Source: Bdellovibrionota bacterium (GTDB lineage Bacteria > Bdellovibrionota_C > UBA2361 > JBGSMV01). From it: 64,000 bases of DNA. The notes under the pieces were generated by a model. It did no database searches, was not told the origin of the DNA, and saw only the letters and a program-made list of their open reading frames with translations. The stretch lies in NCBI GenBank assembly GCA_044356455.1, contig JBIKWF010000005.1, positions 21,565 to 85,564 of the forward strand. Direction: 5' to 3'. The position numbers and the translations under genes are program-made. This document shows, in pieces, positions 9,939 to 19,155 of this stretch. How positions within the stretch are numbered: position 1 is the first letter of the stretch; each line of letters starts with the position of its first letter.

Positions 9939-10792
9939 GAGGGACGCGCCTTGTCCTTCATGGCATTAAAGACAGCCTTGAGTTTTGCTTTGGGCATAGC
10001 CTGGAGCACAAAATTAAACTGACCAGAATTAAGCCTCTCTCCGCCGTCGATAGTGACGCATTCTCCGGTGATAAAAGACGAGTGTTTCGACATCAAAAAC
10101 ACCGCCAGATCCGCAAGCTCCTCGGGCTTCCCAAACCTTCCTAGGGGGACTCTTTTGCGGAATGTTTCTTCGAGCTGAGGATCCGGCACGAGGCGCTTCC
10201 ACGCTCCCTCGGTGGGGAAGGGGCCGGGAGCAATGGCATTGAGCCGAATGCCGTAATCTGCCCATTCGTAGGCGAGGCTTGTGGTCATGGCGTACACCCC
10301 CGCTTTTGCGCAGGCTGAGGGGAGTACGAATGAAGAGCCGCATTCGGTGTACGTGGTTACTATATTGAGAATAGTGCCCGGCTTTTTACGCTCAATGCGG
10401 TGTTTGCCAAAGGCCTGTGTGCAGTTAAAGCTCCCGTGAAGGACTATGTCGACGACGCTCTTAAAGGCGTTCGCTGAGAGGTCTTCCGCCGCACAAAGAA
10501 AATTACCTGCTGCGTTATTAACGAGTCCCGTGATCTCGGAGCCATCTTTGGTGAGTTCGAGGAACATCTTCGCCGTTGCATCATAATCCCTGACATCGCA
10601 GACGGCAGTTCTGACCGCAGCGCCAGTCGCTGTTATCTCCGCAGCGCCCCTCTTAAGTCGGTCGGCATCTCTGCCGCAGATCACAATTCCTGCTCCAAGT
10701 GCACCAAAGGCTTTGGCCATGTGAAGCCCAAGCCCACTTCCTCCACCGGTAATGAGTATCGTCTCGCCTTGTAGTGTGTCGTTGGTGAACAT
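9935..10792 (-). CDS. SDR oxidoreductase, 2,4-dienoyl-CoA reductase-like
   Basis: TGGGSGLG, NNAAGNF, SACAKAGV, IRLNAIAPGPFPT, IDGGE. Confidence 0.88.
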   Translation of the reverse strand: MFTNDTLQGETILITGGGSGLGLHMAKAFGALGAGIVICGRDADRLKRGAAEITATGAAVRTAVCDVRDYDATAKMFLELTKDGSEITGLVNNAAGNFLCAAEDLSANAFKSVVDIVLHGSFNCTQAFGKHRIERKKPGTILNIVTTYTECGSSFVLPSACAKAGVYAMTTSLAYEWADYGIRLNAIAPGPFPTEGAWKRLVPDPQLEETFRKRVPLGRFGKPEELADLAVFLMSKHSSFITGECVTIDGGERLNSGQFNFVLQAMPKAKLKAVFNAMKDKARPS

Positions 10793-10817
10793 AGTGCATC
10801 CTTCGGTCGTAAATTAG

Positions 10818-10922
10818 GGAGCCGCTGAAAAATCTAGAAATTGACCTACCTCTACCAAGCTTTTCCTCCGCGTTACTTGAAAAGTATTGCATAACGCGGA
10901 GGGGGAGTTTTTCAGAAGTTCC
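10818..10922. mobile_element. MITE-like element (GGAACCTCTGAAAA TIR family), variant interior
   Basis: ttag-GGAGCCGCTGAAAAA...TTTTTCAGAAGTTCC-ctag; inner hairpin CTCCGCGTTA/TAACGCGGAG. Confidence 0.6.
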
Positions 10923-10963
10923 CTAGGAAGCCTGAAAACCCAGTACACAACGGCAACGCGTCC

Positions 10964-13312
10964 TCAAGGCTCTATATTTGCGCCAGGAGGAGACTTCGGT
11001 TTGAGGATAAAAGCTCCGAGCGCAGGAAGTAGTATGACAGCTCCCAGCATATTCGCCACAAACATAAAGCTTAAAAGTATGCCCATGTCCGCCTGAAATT
11101 GGAGAGCTGAGAACACCCAGGTTCCAACTCCAACCGCAAGAGTCAAGCCTGTTACGAGGACTGCATTTCCCGTAACTCGTAAGGTTTCAAAATATGCCTC
11201 CCTAAGAGACTTTCCTTCACGTAGCGCGCTTTGCATCTGGCCAAAAATATAGATGCCGTAATCCACGCCGATGCCAACTCCTAAAGCCGCCACAGGCAGT
11301 GTTGAGACTTTAAGACCTATCCCAAGTGTTGCCATGAGGGCATTGCAGAGGAGAGAAACCAGGGCGAGGGGAATCATAATGCAGAGCGTTGCTCGCATCG
11401 ACCGGAACGCGGCGAGGCACAGCGCTCCAACGATAAGGTATATATAGACAAGCATCGGAAGCTGGCTTGCCTCAACTACCTGGTTAGTTGCTGCCATGAC
11501 GCCGGCATTCCCTGTTGCAAGCCGAAATGTCATTCCCTCCTTTGAGTGCTCAGCGGAAAAAGCCTCTATCCCACTTACCACACGCGTCAGCGTGGTGGCC
11601 GCGTGGTCCTTAAGGAACGCAATCACGGGCATGACGCTACAATCAGAATTGAGAAGTCCCGTCGCAGTTTCGATGGGACCAACTGCTTGCACCATGGTCT
11701 GCGAATCTTGAGGGAGCACGCGCCATTTAGGATTGCCTTCTTGGAACCCCGCGTAAAGGAGCTTGGCAACTTGGGGCAGGGAAATAGTTGATTGGACTCC
11801 CTCTATGTTTGCCACTCGCCACTGAAAGCGGTCGATGAGGTCCATGCGGTCGTGGTTTATACAGCTATCTTTCTCTGATTCCACGATAGTCGTAAGAACG
11901 TCCACCCCGATAGAGAAATGCGCCGTAATGAAATTGGAATCCTGATTGTAGCGAGACTCGGGACGAAGCTCAGGTACTCCAGCATGAGAATCCCCAATAG
12001 TGAGCGCTTGGCCTCGTGTGTATCCCCAGACCGAGATAAGTAGCGCGGCGAGAATAGTGGGAACTGCCCACGATTTTTGAGAAAAGCGAGAAACGGCATG
12101 CCAAAGCCTATCGCGTTTCTCGGCGCTACGCTTCACGCGCGTGCGGTAGGACTCATCGAAGGATGCAAAAGAAAGGAGAACCGGTAAAAGTGCAAGGTTG
12201 GTAAGAATAAGGGCAGAAACGCCAAGAGTTGCGGTCACCGCGAGCTCGCGAATCATGCGGATGTCGATGAGGGCAAGAGTGACGAAGCCAATAGCGTCGC
12301 TAAGAAGAGCTACCGAGCCCGGAAGAAGCAACTTTCGAAATGCGCTTCGAGACGCCTCAAGCGGGGAGATTCCGTTACCGACGGAGGTGCCCACAGAGTT
12401 CGTCATCTGGACTCCGTGCGAGACTCCAATGGCGAAGATTAGAAAAGGAATAAGAATAGACATGGGGTCTATTCCGTAGCCAAGAGCGGTAAGTCCGCCT
12501 AGGTTCCAAATCACTGCGATTACTGAGGTAAGTAGTGGGAGGACCGTCAGGGCTATGGAGTGAGTAAAGAAAAACACCAGCACTGCCGTGCAAAGAAACG
12601 AGACGCCAAAAAAGAGAAGCACGCCACGTGCGCCTGAGGCGATGTCGCCCATGGCCTTCGCAAAACCTATGATGTGAATAGAGATCTGCTCATTCTCAAA
12701 AGGGGCCCGAATGCGCTCTTCGAGGTGTTTTGCTACTTGAAGGTAGTCGAGCTTTGCTCCCGTCGCTGGGTCAATTTCAACAAGTTGCGCGCTGATCATT
12801 GCGGCAGAGAAGTCAGAGGCTACCAGTCTACCAACGGCGCCTGCTTTAATGACGTTTTCTTTTACCAGCTGGGCCCCAGCTTCAGAATAGTCGAAGTCCG
12901 CAGGAACAAGGTTTCCCCCAGAGAAGCCTCCTTCAACAATCTCCACAAAGCGCTCATTGGGCGTAAAGAGCGAGCGCACGGTGGTTCTATTGACGCCAGG
13001 CATAAAGAATACCTCGTCACTCACCTTTTTGAATGCGGTAAGAAATTGAGGCGTGAAGAGATCTTTGCCGTCTCGGGCCGCAACCGCAATCATGACGCGG
13101 TTTGCGCCCCCAAACTCAGCTCCGTGTTTGGTAAACGTTTGCATGTAGGGATGGGAGAGGGGGATCTGCTTGGTAAAGCCGGCATCAATTTTGAGTTGGG
13201 TCGCAAAGTACAGGAGGAGAAGCGAGAGAGCCGCAAATAGTGCTGCGGTAGCCTTGCGATTGGCAAAAAGTAACGTTTCTAGAAATTCTGCTACGCGAAA
13301 TTTCATATGCAA
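10964..13312 (-). CDS. RND superfamily (MMPL-like) transporter
   Basis: Two-fold repeated architecture with many TM segments; AIGVSHGVQ and GIGVDYGIY motifs; typical partner of DUF1302/DUF1329. Confidence 0.9.
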   Translation of the reverse strand: MHMKFRVAEFLETLLFANRKATAALFAALSLLLLYFATQLKIDAGFTKQIPLSHPYMQTFTKHGAEFGGANRVMIAVAARDGKDLFTPQFLTAFKKVSDEVFFMPGVNRTTVRSLFTPNERFVEIVEGGFSGGNLVPADFDYSEAGAQLVKENVIKAGAVGRLVASDFSAAMISAQLVEIDPATGAKLDYLQVAKHLEERIRAPFENEQISIHIIGFAKAMGDIASGARGVLLFFGVSFLCTAVLVFFFTHSIALTVLPLLTSVIAVIWNLGGLTALGYGIDPMSILIPFLIFAIGVSHGVQMTNSVGTSVGNGISPLEASRSAFRKLLLPGSVALLSDAIGFVTLALIDIRMIRELAVTATLGVSALILTNLALLPVLLSFASFDESYRTRVKRSAEKRDRLWHAVSRFSQKSWAVPTILAALLISVWGYTRGQALTIGDSHAGVPELRPESRYNQDSNFITAHFSIGVDVLTTIVESEKDSCINHDRMDLIDRFQWRVANIEGVQSTISLPQVAKLLYAGFQEGNPKWRVLPQDSQTMVQAVGPIETATGLLNSDCSVMPVIAFLKDHAATTLTRVVSGIEAFSAEHSKEGMTFRLATGNAGVMAATNQVVEASQLPMLVYIYLIVGALCLAAFRSMRATLCIMIPLALVSLLCNALMATLGIGLKVSTLPVAALGVGIGVDYGIYIFGQMQSALREGKSLREAYFETLRVTGNAVLVTGLTLAVGVGTWVFSALQFQADMGILLSFMFVANMLGAVILLPALGAFILKPKSPPGANIEP

Positions 13313-13318
13313 CCTTCG

Positions 13319-14290
13319 TTACCCTGCGGGTGCGGGGTCCACGATGCCCGCCTCGCCTCCAATAAGTAGTTTTCCGCTCGGAAGTGACAAGAGGGTGCTA
13401 ATTGCCTTGCGGTCGGGGCGAGATTGAATGGAGAACGTTGAGCCGCAAGACGCGGCGCTGAGCATGAGGCCACTTGCGCCCCCAAGTACTACCTCTCCGC
13501 TTGGGCGTTCAAGACCAGTGTAGATTGAAAGAGTGGTGCCTGTTGCCAGGCGCTCCCAAGTGCTGCCTTCATCTCTTGAGCGGTAAAGATTTCCGCGTAG
13601 ACCAAATATAAGTAGCGTTCCGTCTCGGCAGCCTAGGGCGCCGAATAGGGTTCCTTCATAGGGAGAGGCGCGAGCACTCCACGTAGAGCTTCCTTCCAGC
13701 TTCTGATACAAAGCCCCCGCTTCCCCGACCACAAAAATACTTCCTGAAGGGAGCTCGGCGATATCGTATAAATGCCTATCCTCTGCAGATTGGGACTCAG
13801 GTGAAAAGAGCTCAACTGCTTCCCACGTGGCTCCGCCGTCGTTGGTGGCGAGCATGGTTCCGTACCCACCTACGATTACTCCCTCTTGAGGGGAATGAAA
13901 GTGGACCGAGAAAAGTTCTTTGCCATCTCCGTCAGGCGCAGAAACCTTCGTCCAGGAGGCCCCTCGATCTCTCGAAACGAGAATGCTGCCTCTGTGACCT
14001 ACGGCCACGAGGCCATCTTTCTGATCGGAAGCGACGGAGGTGAGCATGGCGCTGGAAGGAACTGAGACTTGTTTCCAAGAATCTTCTTCTCGTGGTGCGA
14101 ACAGGATGTGACCTCTGTCACCCACTGCAACGAGTGCAGTGCCGCTCACTATCGCATCGTTGATGAGCGAGCGCGGCGCAAGGCGAGCCAGCTCAGAAGA
14201 TTCAGATTTTTCCGCGAAGACTGCTAGGGGCAATAACGCTAAGAGCGAAGATACGAGAAGGAGAGGAGTAACGAGATAGCCACGAGTCAT
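13319..14290 (-). CDS. YCF48-like BNR/Asp-box beta-propeller protein
   Basis: Signal peptide; AVGDRGHIL, SRDRGASW, TNDGGATW, SRDEGSTW repeats. Confidence 0.87.
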   Translation of the reverse strand: MTRGYLVTPLLLVSSLLALLPLAVFAEKSESSELARLAPRSLINDAIVSGTALVAVGDRGHILFAPREEDSWKQVSVPSSAMLTSVASDQKDGLVAVGHRGSILVSRDRGASWTKVSAPDGDGKELFSVHFHSPQEGVIVGGYGTMLATNDGGATWEAVELFSPESQSAEDRHLYDIAELPSGSIFVVGEAGALYQKLEGSSTWSARASPYEGTLFGALGCRDGTLLIFGLRGNLYRSRDEGSTWERLATGTTLSIYTGLERPSGEVVLGGASGLMLSAASCGSTFSIQSRPDRKAISTLLSLPSGKLLIGGEAGIVDPAPAG

Positions 14291-14330
14291 CGAACCGAAT
14301 CTAACACATAAATGAGGCTAGGCTGCGAGC

Positions 14331-14378
14331 AAAAAAAACCGGCACTTGGCGCAGGTGGGGAAGCAGCCAAGTGCCGGT
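14331..14378 (-). terminator. Intrinsic terminator or stabilising hairpin downstream of DUF1329
   Basis: 13-bp stem ACCGGCACTTGGC/GCCAAGTGCCGGT followed on the minus strand by a T run (A run at 14331-14338). Confidence 0.7.
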
Positions 14379-14397
14379 AGAAACGGAGAAGCTTATA

Positions 14398-15783
14398 TTA
14401 CCGCCGTCCCTCGCGGCGCAAAGCGTCCGGAGAGAAGTTTCCCTCATCGAGTGGGACGTTAAACTTCTCAACCTTGCTTTCATTGTTTAATCCAAAGGCG
14501 AGATACCTTCCATTTTGCAGATCATAATGAACCTGCAACGTGTCCCAAATAAGGGGGACTTCATAATAGTTAATCGGATAGGCCTCAGAAACGCGCCAGA
14601 TTTGGTCTCGGTTGTCATATTGGTCCACGACTACGGCCTGCCAGCTATCTTCATCGAAAAAGAATGTGCGGCGCTTATAGATGTGGCTGGTCCCCGCTTT
14701 AAGAGTCGCTTCAACTTGCCATACCCGATGAAGTTCGTAGCGCGTGAGCTCCGGATTAATGTGTCCGGCCTTAATAATATCGCTTTCATTCACTTTATCG
14801 CTGTGGAGCTTGTAGTTGTTGTAGGGAACGTAGAGCTCTTTTCTCCCTACGAGTTTCCAGTCGTAGCGATCGGGGGCCCCATTAAACATGTCGAGTTGAT
14901 CACTGGTGCGCTGAGCATCAGAAGCTGTTCCAGGGTTATCATACGCCACATTCGGCGCGCGGCGGACGCGGCGCTGGCCAGGATTATACGTCCACGCGTC
15001 GCGTGGCTCGAGCTTTTGATTCAGGGTTTCGTGCACGAGCAAGATGGTTCCCGCTAAGCGTGGGGGAGCGGTTACCGTCTGAATAAAATACGCGAGGCGA
15101 TTATTAATACTTTCGAGGGTGGCGCCCTTTTGCATGTAGGCCCAGAGAGTTTCATCAGCAATCCGCACCATGGTGTAGGATCCGCCTGCGGTGGGAGCGA
15201 CTTGACCCACTTCTCTCACCACTGTATCTCCGCGATAACGTAAGAGATGATTCCAAATGGCTTCAAGTCCATTCTGAGGGATGGGAAAGGGGATGCCTTC
15301 ACGAGCTGAGAGCACTCCATTGCCATCTTCGACCAAACTAGCAGAGGTGCTGTTCGCTATCGCTGCGTCGTAGAGACGCTGAGGGAGGGAGCCGCTGCGC
15401 TGAGTTGGGTATACCGTCAAAAACCAGGTGTCAGGGTATCTCTTGAGCATCGCTATTTGCCCGGGAGAGAGCTTCGCTTCGTACTGCGCCAGATTCTGCG
15501 CTGTTATTTTAAAGAGCGGCTTGTCGGTAGCGAAGGGATCAAGGTGGTGAGTTCCGGGAGTGTAGCCGCTTGGCGGGGTGGTGATTCCGCCTGTCCATGC
15601 GGGAATTGTGCCCTCGGCATTTCCGGCTTTAATAGCTCCGAGCGGGGTAAGTTCTCCCTTTAGCTTTGCAGCCTCGGCGTCAGGCACCTTGGCGAGCGAG
15701 ACATTAGACATGAACAAGGAAGCAGAAAGCAGGCAGGACACTCCGAGTCCTGCACGTAGCGCATGTCGACAAAAATTCTTCAT
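14398..15783 (-). CDS. DUF1329 domain exported protein
   Basis: LTPLGAIKAGNAEGTIPAWTGG, GIPFPIPQNGLEAIWNH, QRRVRRAP, RYELHRVW, DEDSW. Confidence 0.92.
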   Translation of the reverse strand: MKNFCRHALRAGLGVSCLLSASLFMSNVSLAKVPDAEAAKLKGELTPLGAIKAGNAEGTIPAWTGGITTPPSGYTPGTHHLDPFATDKPLFKITAQNLAQYEAKLSPGQIAMLKRYPDTWFLTVYPTQRSGSLPQRLYDAAIANSTSASLVEDGNGVLSAREGIPFPIPQNGLEAIWNHLLRYRGDTVVREVGQVAPTAGGSYTMVRIADETLWAYMQKGATLESINNRLAYFIQTVTAPPRLAGTILLVHETLNQKLEPRDAWTYNPGQRRVRRAPNVAYDNPGTASDAQRTSDQLDMFNGAPDRYDWKLVGRKELYVPYNNYKLHSDKVNESDIIKAGHINPELTRYELHRVWQVEATLKAGTSHIYKRRTFFFDEDSWQAVVVDQYDNRDQIWRVSEAYPINYYEVPLIWDTLQVHYDLQNGRYLAFGLNNESKVEKFNVPLDEGNFSPDALRREGRR

Positions 15784-15853
15784 ACCAAATTTCTCCTTGC
15801 AACAGCCAAATCAGCCCACCCTTGCTCGTGCGCCTTTCTAGGAAGAAGTTGTC

Positions 15854-17647
15854 CTAGAAAGAATACGAAGCAACGAGGGAAACGAAGTCTCTATCACTCA
15901 AAAGATTGTAGCGCCCGCCATCAAACGAGTTGTTGTACGAAAGCACGAGCCGATAGCTCGTCAGATAGGTAGCGGCGAGAGAGAACGTAACAGTTTTGCG
16001 GTCATCAACGAACGTAGCAAGCGGGGCAGGCGTCGTTCCCCGGTCGGCTGCAAAAGCGATCTGAGGCTCGAGTCCGACAGCCCCAACGGCATTCTCATAG
16101 GTCGCGCGCAGTACGAGGCGATACCCCCATGAAAATTGTGTGGGGAAGCCATTGGACTCCGTTCCAGGCTGGATCCCAACTTGAGTGAAGAAGGGATTGC
16201 CGCTCGTGTACGTACCGGCACCTTCGTAACGAAGCTCATCCCGGTCTTCCATATCGACGACATAGGTGCCGCCGGCTTCACCAATCAGTACTATCTGGTC
16301 CGCTCCAAGCCAGGGGCCAAGAATTTGGGTTGCCGTTAATTGACTCTGGATGATGTCTTTACGGCGATAGCCACTGATTTCTTCATTAAAACCAAAGACC
16401 CCCAGTTGATTCTGACTAAAAGCGGGGCTTAAAGGGGAAAGCGCCGCATAGAGAAGCTCTACGTCATCCACTTGTAAGGGCTGATTGAGGCGATAGGAGA
16501 ACTCGCCCTGGAGCGCGAGTCCCGATCCACCCAATTGTGAGTTGAAGCTTGCACCTAAGGTGTCGATGTCTTCAGGAAATTCTCGAAAGTACCTGGCGCT
16601 TTGTGCGTAATTGCCGCCTAGCAATCCTTGAATACTTCCTGTTTGGGCACTGATGATGGGGCTGCGGCTATGTAGTCTGGTCCAGTAAAGGCCGAACTCA
16701 GTATCGTTAAGTTCTGGAGCGAAATAACGCATCGCAAGACCAAACTGTCCCTGGTCGCTTGGATTGTTATCGTCGAGGCGCGGCACGCCGGAGCCAACCG
16801 GCGCGCTTGCGTTGAGAGTAGGGGGATTGTCACTAACTCCGGGATTTCCAAACCCAAGGAACACCGTATTTCCGCCAGGTCCTGCAAAATCATTAGTAGA
16901 GAGGAATGTCCCCGCTGGCTCAAGTTCGGTGTTGTCCCACTCAAAGAGATAGAACCCCTCAAAGGAGATCTCTTCAGTGAGACTCACGTTCAAATCGAGG
17001 GCGTTCAGAGGCAAAAAAGCATCTCGTAATTCCGCGCCGGCAATCCTTAGCTTTGAAACGTCAATAGGATTGATGGTGTTAATACCATTAGCAATGAAGG
17101 TGCTCTCGCCCCAGTTAATTACTTGTCGCCCGGCGCGCACTGTTGTCTTTGCCGATCCGATATCGAAGTCACCCGTTACATAGAGGTCTAAGAGCTTTGC
17201 ATCTCGACCTGCATAACGTTTCGCTGAGGAGCTGAGATCCGTCCTTTGGGTGTTCCCATCCATGATTTCGGTATCGTAGAAGTAGAAGCCACGACCAAAG
17301 AATCCAAAATTATCGTATTTCAACTCAAGTTCATGAGTGACCTTCGCCACGGCTGACGTCACGTCGCCTTGATCGTAATTGAGGTTTCCATCATCGCCAT
17401 TGACGGAGAAGGCTTCCCCTCCGTTCGCCACACCAACAATTCTGTCGTTTCTATCCGAGGTTCGAACCGTAGTTCCAAGAGAGATGGTGGTGTCGAAGCT
17501 ACCCTGCACCTCCCCGTCGCCGAATTCTAAATCAAGCGCGACGGATGACCGGGGGGTGACTGTCGAAACGAGAAGCGCGAGAGATAGTGGTAGTAGAGAG
17601 CTTCGGCAGAGCAGGCGAGAAACGGAAAGGTAGGAACTATTCAGCAT
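15854..17647 (-). CDS. DUF1302 outer-membrane-associated protein
   Basis: NGDDGNLNYD, GRQVINWGESTF, QFGLAMRY, DRDFVSLVASYSF; ATG at 17647 has an AGAGGAG RBS (ORF open to 17791). Confidence 0.9.
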   Translation of the reverse strand: MLNSSYLSVSRLLCRSSLLPLSLALLVSTVTPRSSVALDLEFGDGEVQGSFDTTISLGTTVRTSDRNDRIVGVANGGEAFSVNGDDGNLNYDQGDVTSAVAKVTHELELKYDNFGFFGRGFYFYDTEIMDGNTQRTDLSSSAKRYAGRDAKLLDLYVTGDFDIGSAKTTVRAGRQVINWGESTFIANGINTINPIDVSKLRIAGAELRDAFLPLNALDLNVSLTEEISFEGFYLFEWDNTELEPAGTFLSTNDFAGPGGNTVFLGFGNPGVSDNPPTLNASAPVGSGVPRLDDNNPSDQGQFGLAMRYFAPELNDTEFGLYWTRLHSRSPIISAQTGSIQGLLGGNYAQSARYFREFPEDIDTLGASFNSQLGGSGLALQGEFSYRLNQPLQVDDVELLYAALSPLSPAFSQNQLGVFGFNEEISGYRRKDIIQSQLTATQILGPWLGADQIVLIGEAGGTYVVDMEDRDELRYEGAGTYTSGNPFFTQVGIQPGTESNGFPTQFSWGYRLVLRATYENAVGAVGLEPQIAFAADRGTTPAPLATFVDDRKTVTFSLAATYLTSYRLVLSYNNSFDGGRYNLLSDRDFVSLVASYSF

Positions 17648-17862
17648 ACATACTCCTCTACGACATGACGCCGCGCGTAATCTGAAAAAGTGCTGATGCA
17701 ATGGCGGGTTAGAGCCACGATCCGCAAGTTCTATACTCCAGAAAAATGACATCACCAACGGAATTCGCAGCCTAGTCCATCGACTTATCATTAGTCATAA
17801 AACATCGTTTCTGTTGGCGCCTGATTTGCGGCCCTTGCCCGTCCTAAAGTACAAGCCCAGGC

Positions 17863-18702
17863 ATGATGAAATTTGGTTCTCTTTCGGTATCTGCTCATAA
17901 CTTTGGCTTCTTCCGTCTCGATGGAGGAGCAATGTTTGGCTCCGTTCCTAAGAATCTCTGGGCGAAGCGCATTCCGGCTGATGCGGAAAACTGCATACGG
18001 CTCGCCACTCGCTGCCTCGTGGTTCGAGATGAAGCCGCTCGGCGAGTTTTTCTCATTGATGTTGGTATGGGAGAGAAATGGTCCGAGAAGCAGAGACAAA
18101 TTTTTGCGATCGATAACCTACCGGCGAGGGATGTGGGCGTTGATCCTCAAGAAATCACCGATGTAGTTCTCACCCATCTTCACTTTGATCATGCCGGTGG
18201 TATCTCACGCTACCGACAAGGGACCGAGTCGCTTGAGCTTGTGTACCCTAGGGCGCGCATCACTTTGCAGCACGAGAATCTTGAGAACGCCAAGGCGCCC
18301 TCGGTAAAGGAGCGTGCAAGTTATCTCGCGGAAAATTATGCCCCCCTCGATCAAGCGGAGCTGGTTCTAGTTGAAGGAGACGTCGAAATTCATCCCGGGA
18401 TTGTAGTGCATCAAGTGAACGGCCACTCTCGTGGTCAGCAGTGGATTGAGATTCGAGGCGGCGGCAATGCGCTCTTTTATCCCACCGACCTCATTCCTAC
18501 CCATCATCATTTACCCGTCCCTTTTCATATGGGCTACGACGCGTGCGCCGAGACAGTGCTCAAAGAGAAACAGCAGTTTTTAGAGCGCGCCCGCCTTGAG
18601 CGAGCGGTGGTAGTTTTTGAGCATGATGCGGATCTAGCGGCGTGTACCGTCAAGCTTGATGAGCGTGGGCACTATGCGGTCGATGAGAGAGTCGCGCTGT
18701 AG
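17863..18702 (+). CDS. MBL-fold metallo-hydrolase
   Basis: LDGGAMFGSVPK, THLHFDHAGG, GHSRGQQ, DLIP, FEHD. Confidence 0.92.
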   Translation: MMKFGSLSVSAHNFGFFRLDGGAMFGSVPKNLWAKRIPADAENCIRLATRCLVVRDEAARRVFLIDVGMGEKWSEKQRQIFAIDNLPARDVGVDPQEITDVVLTHLHFDHAGGISRYRQGTESLELVYPRARITLQHENLENAKAPSVKERASYLAENYAPLDQAELVLVEGDVEIHPGIVVHQVNGHSRGQQWIEIRGGGNALFYPTDLIPTHHHLPVPFHMGYDACAETVLKEKQQFLERARLERAVVVFEHDADLAACTVKLDERGHYAVDERVAL

Positions 18703-18708
18703 CGTTAG

Positions 18709-18828
18709 GGAACCTCTGAAAAAGTCCACTCTGTGACCTCTGTGGTTGATTTAAATTCTTGAAAAACCACAGAGGACACAGAGATCACAGAGAGAAAAAA
18801 TAAAATATCGAGGTTTTTTAGAGGCTAC
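18709..18828. mobile_element. MITE-like element, TSD TTAG
   Basis: ttag-GGAACCTCTGAAAAA...TTTTTAGAGGCTAC-ttag; inner hairpin CTCTGTGGT/ACCACAGAG. Confidence 0.75.
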
Positions 18829-19155
18829 TTAGGATTCTAGCCGTCCGTAAGTATTACTTCGCATGGCGCACGCGTTGCTTGTGAGCCCGCTGCCTTTCTG
18901 CAACCTTTTCGAACAAACCAAATCCAAGTTGATGAAGCCGTGCCTCGGTTGCTTCGAGTACGATGAGGTCATGCCGTGCCAAAAAGTTAAGGCGGTGAAG
19001 TTTGGGGTCGAAGGGTTTTCTTCCGCGGTTGGCATGAAAACGGAGGCATCACGAGCACTTACCGCATTTCTGAGATAGTTGAGGTGAACCTACTTGGGAA
19101 GGCCCTTTAAATCGAGTACCCTCGGTTGCCCTTGTAGTATAAAAGGCAAGATGTT

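Noticed and set aside
18829..19078. Small ORFs 18829-19035 (-) and 18863-19078 (+)
   Set aside because: No recognisable motif or clear RBS; cannot be supported.
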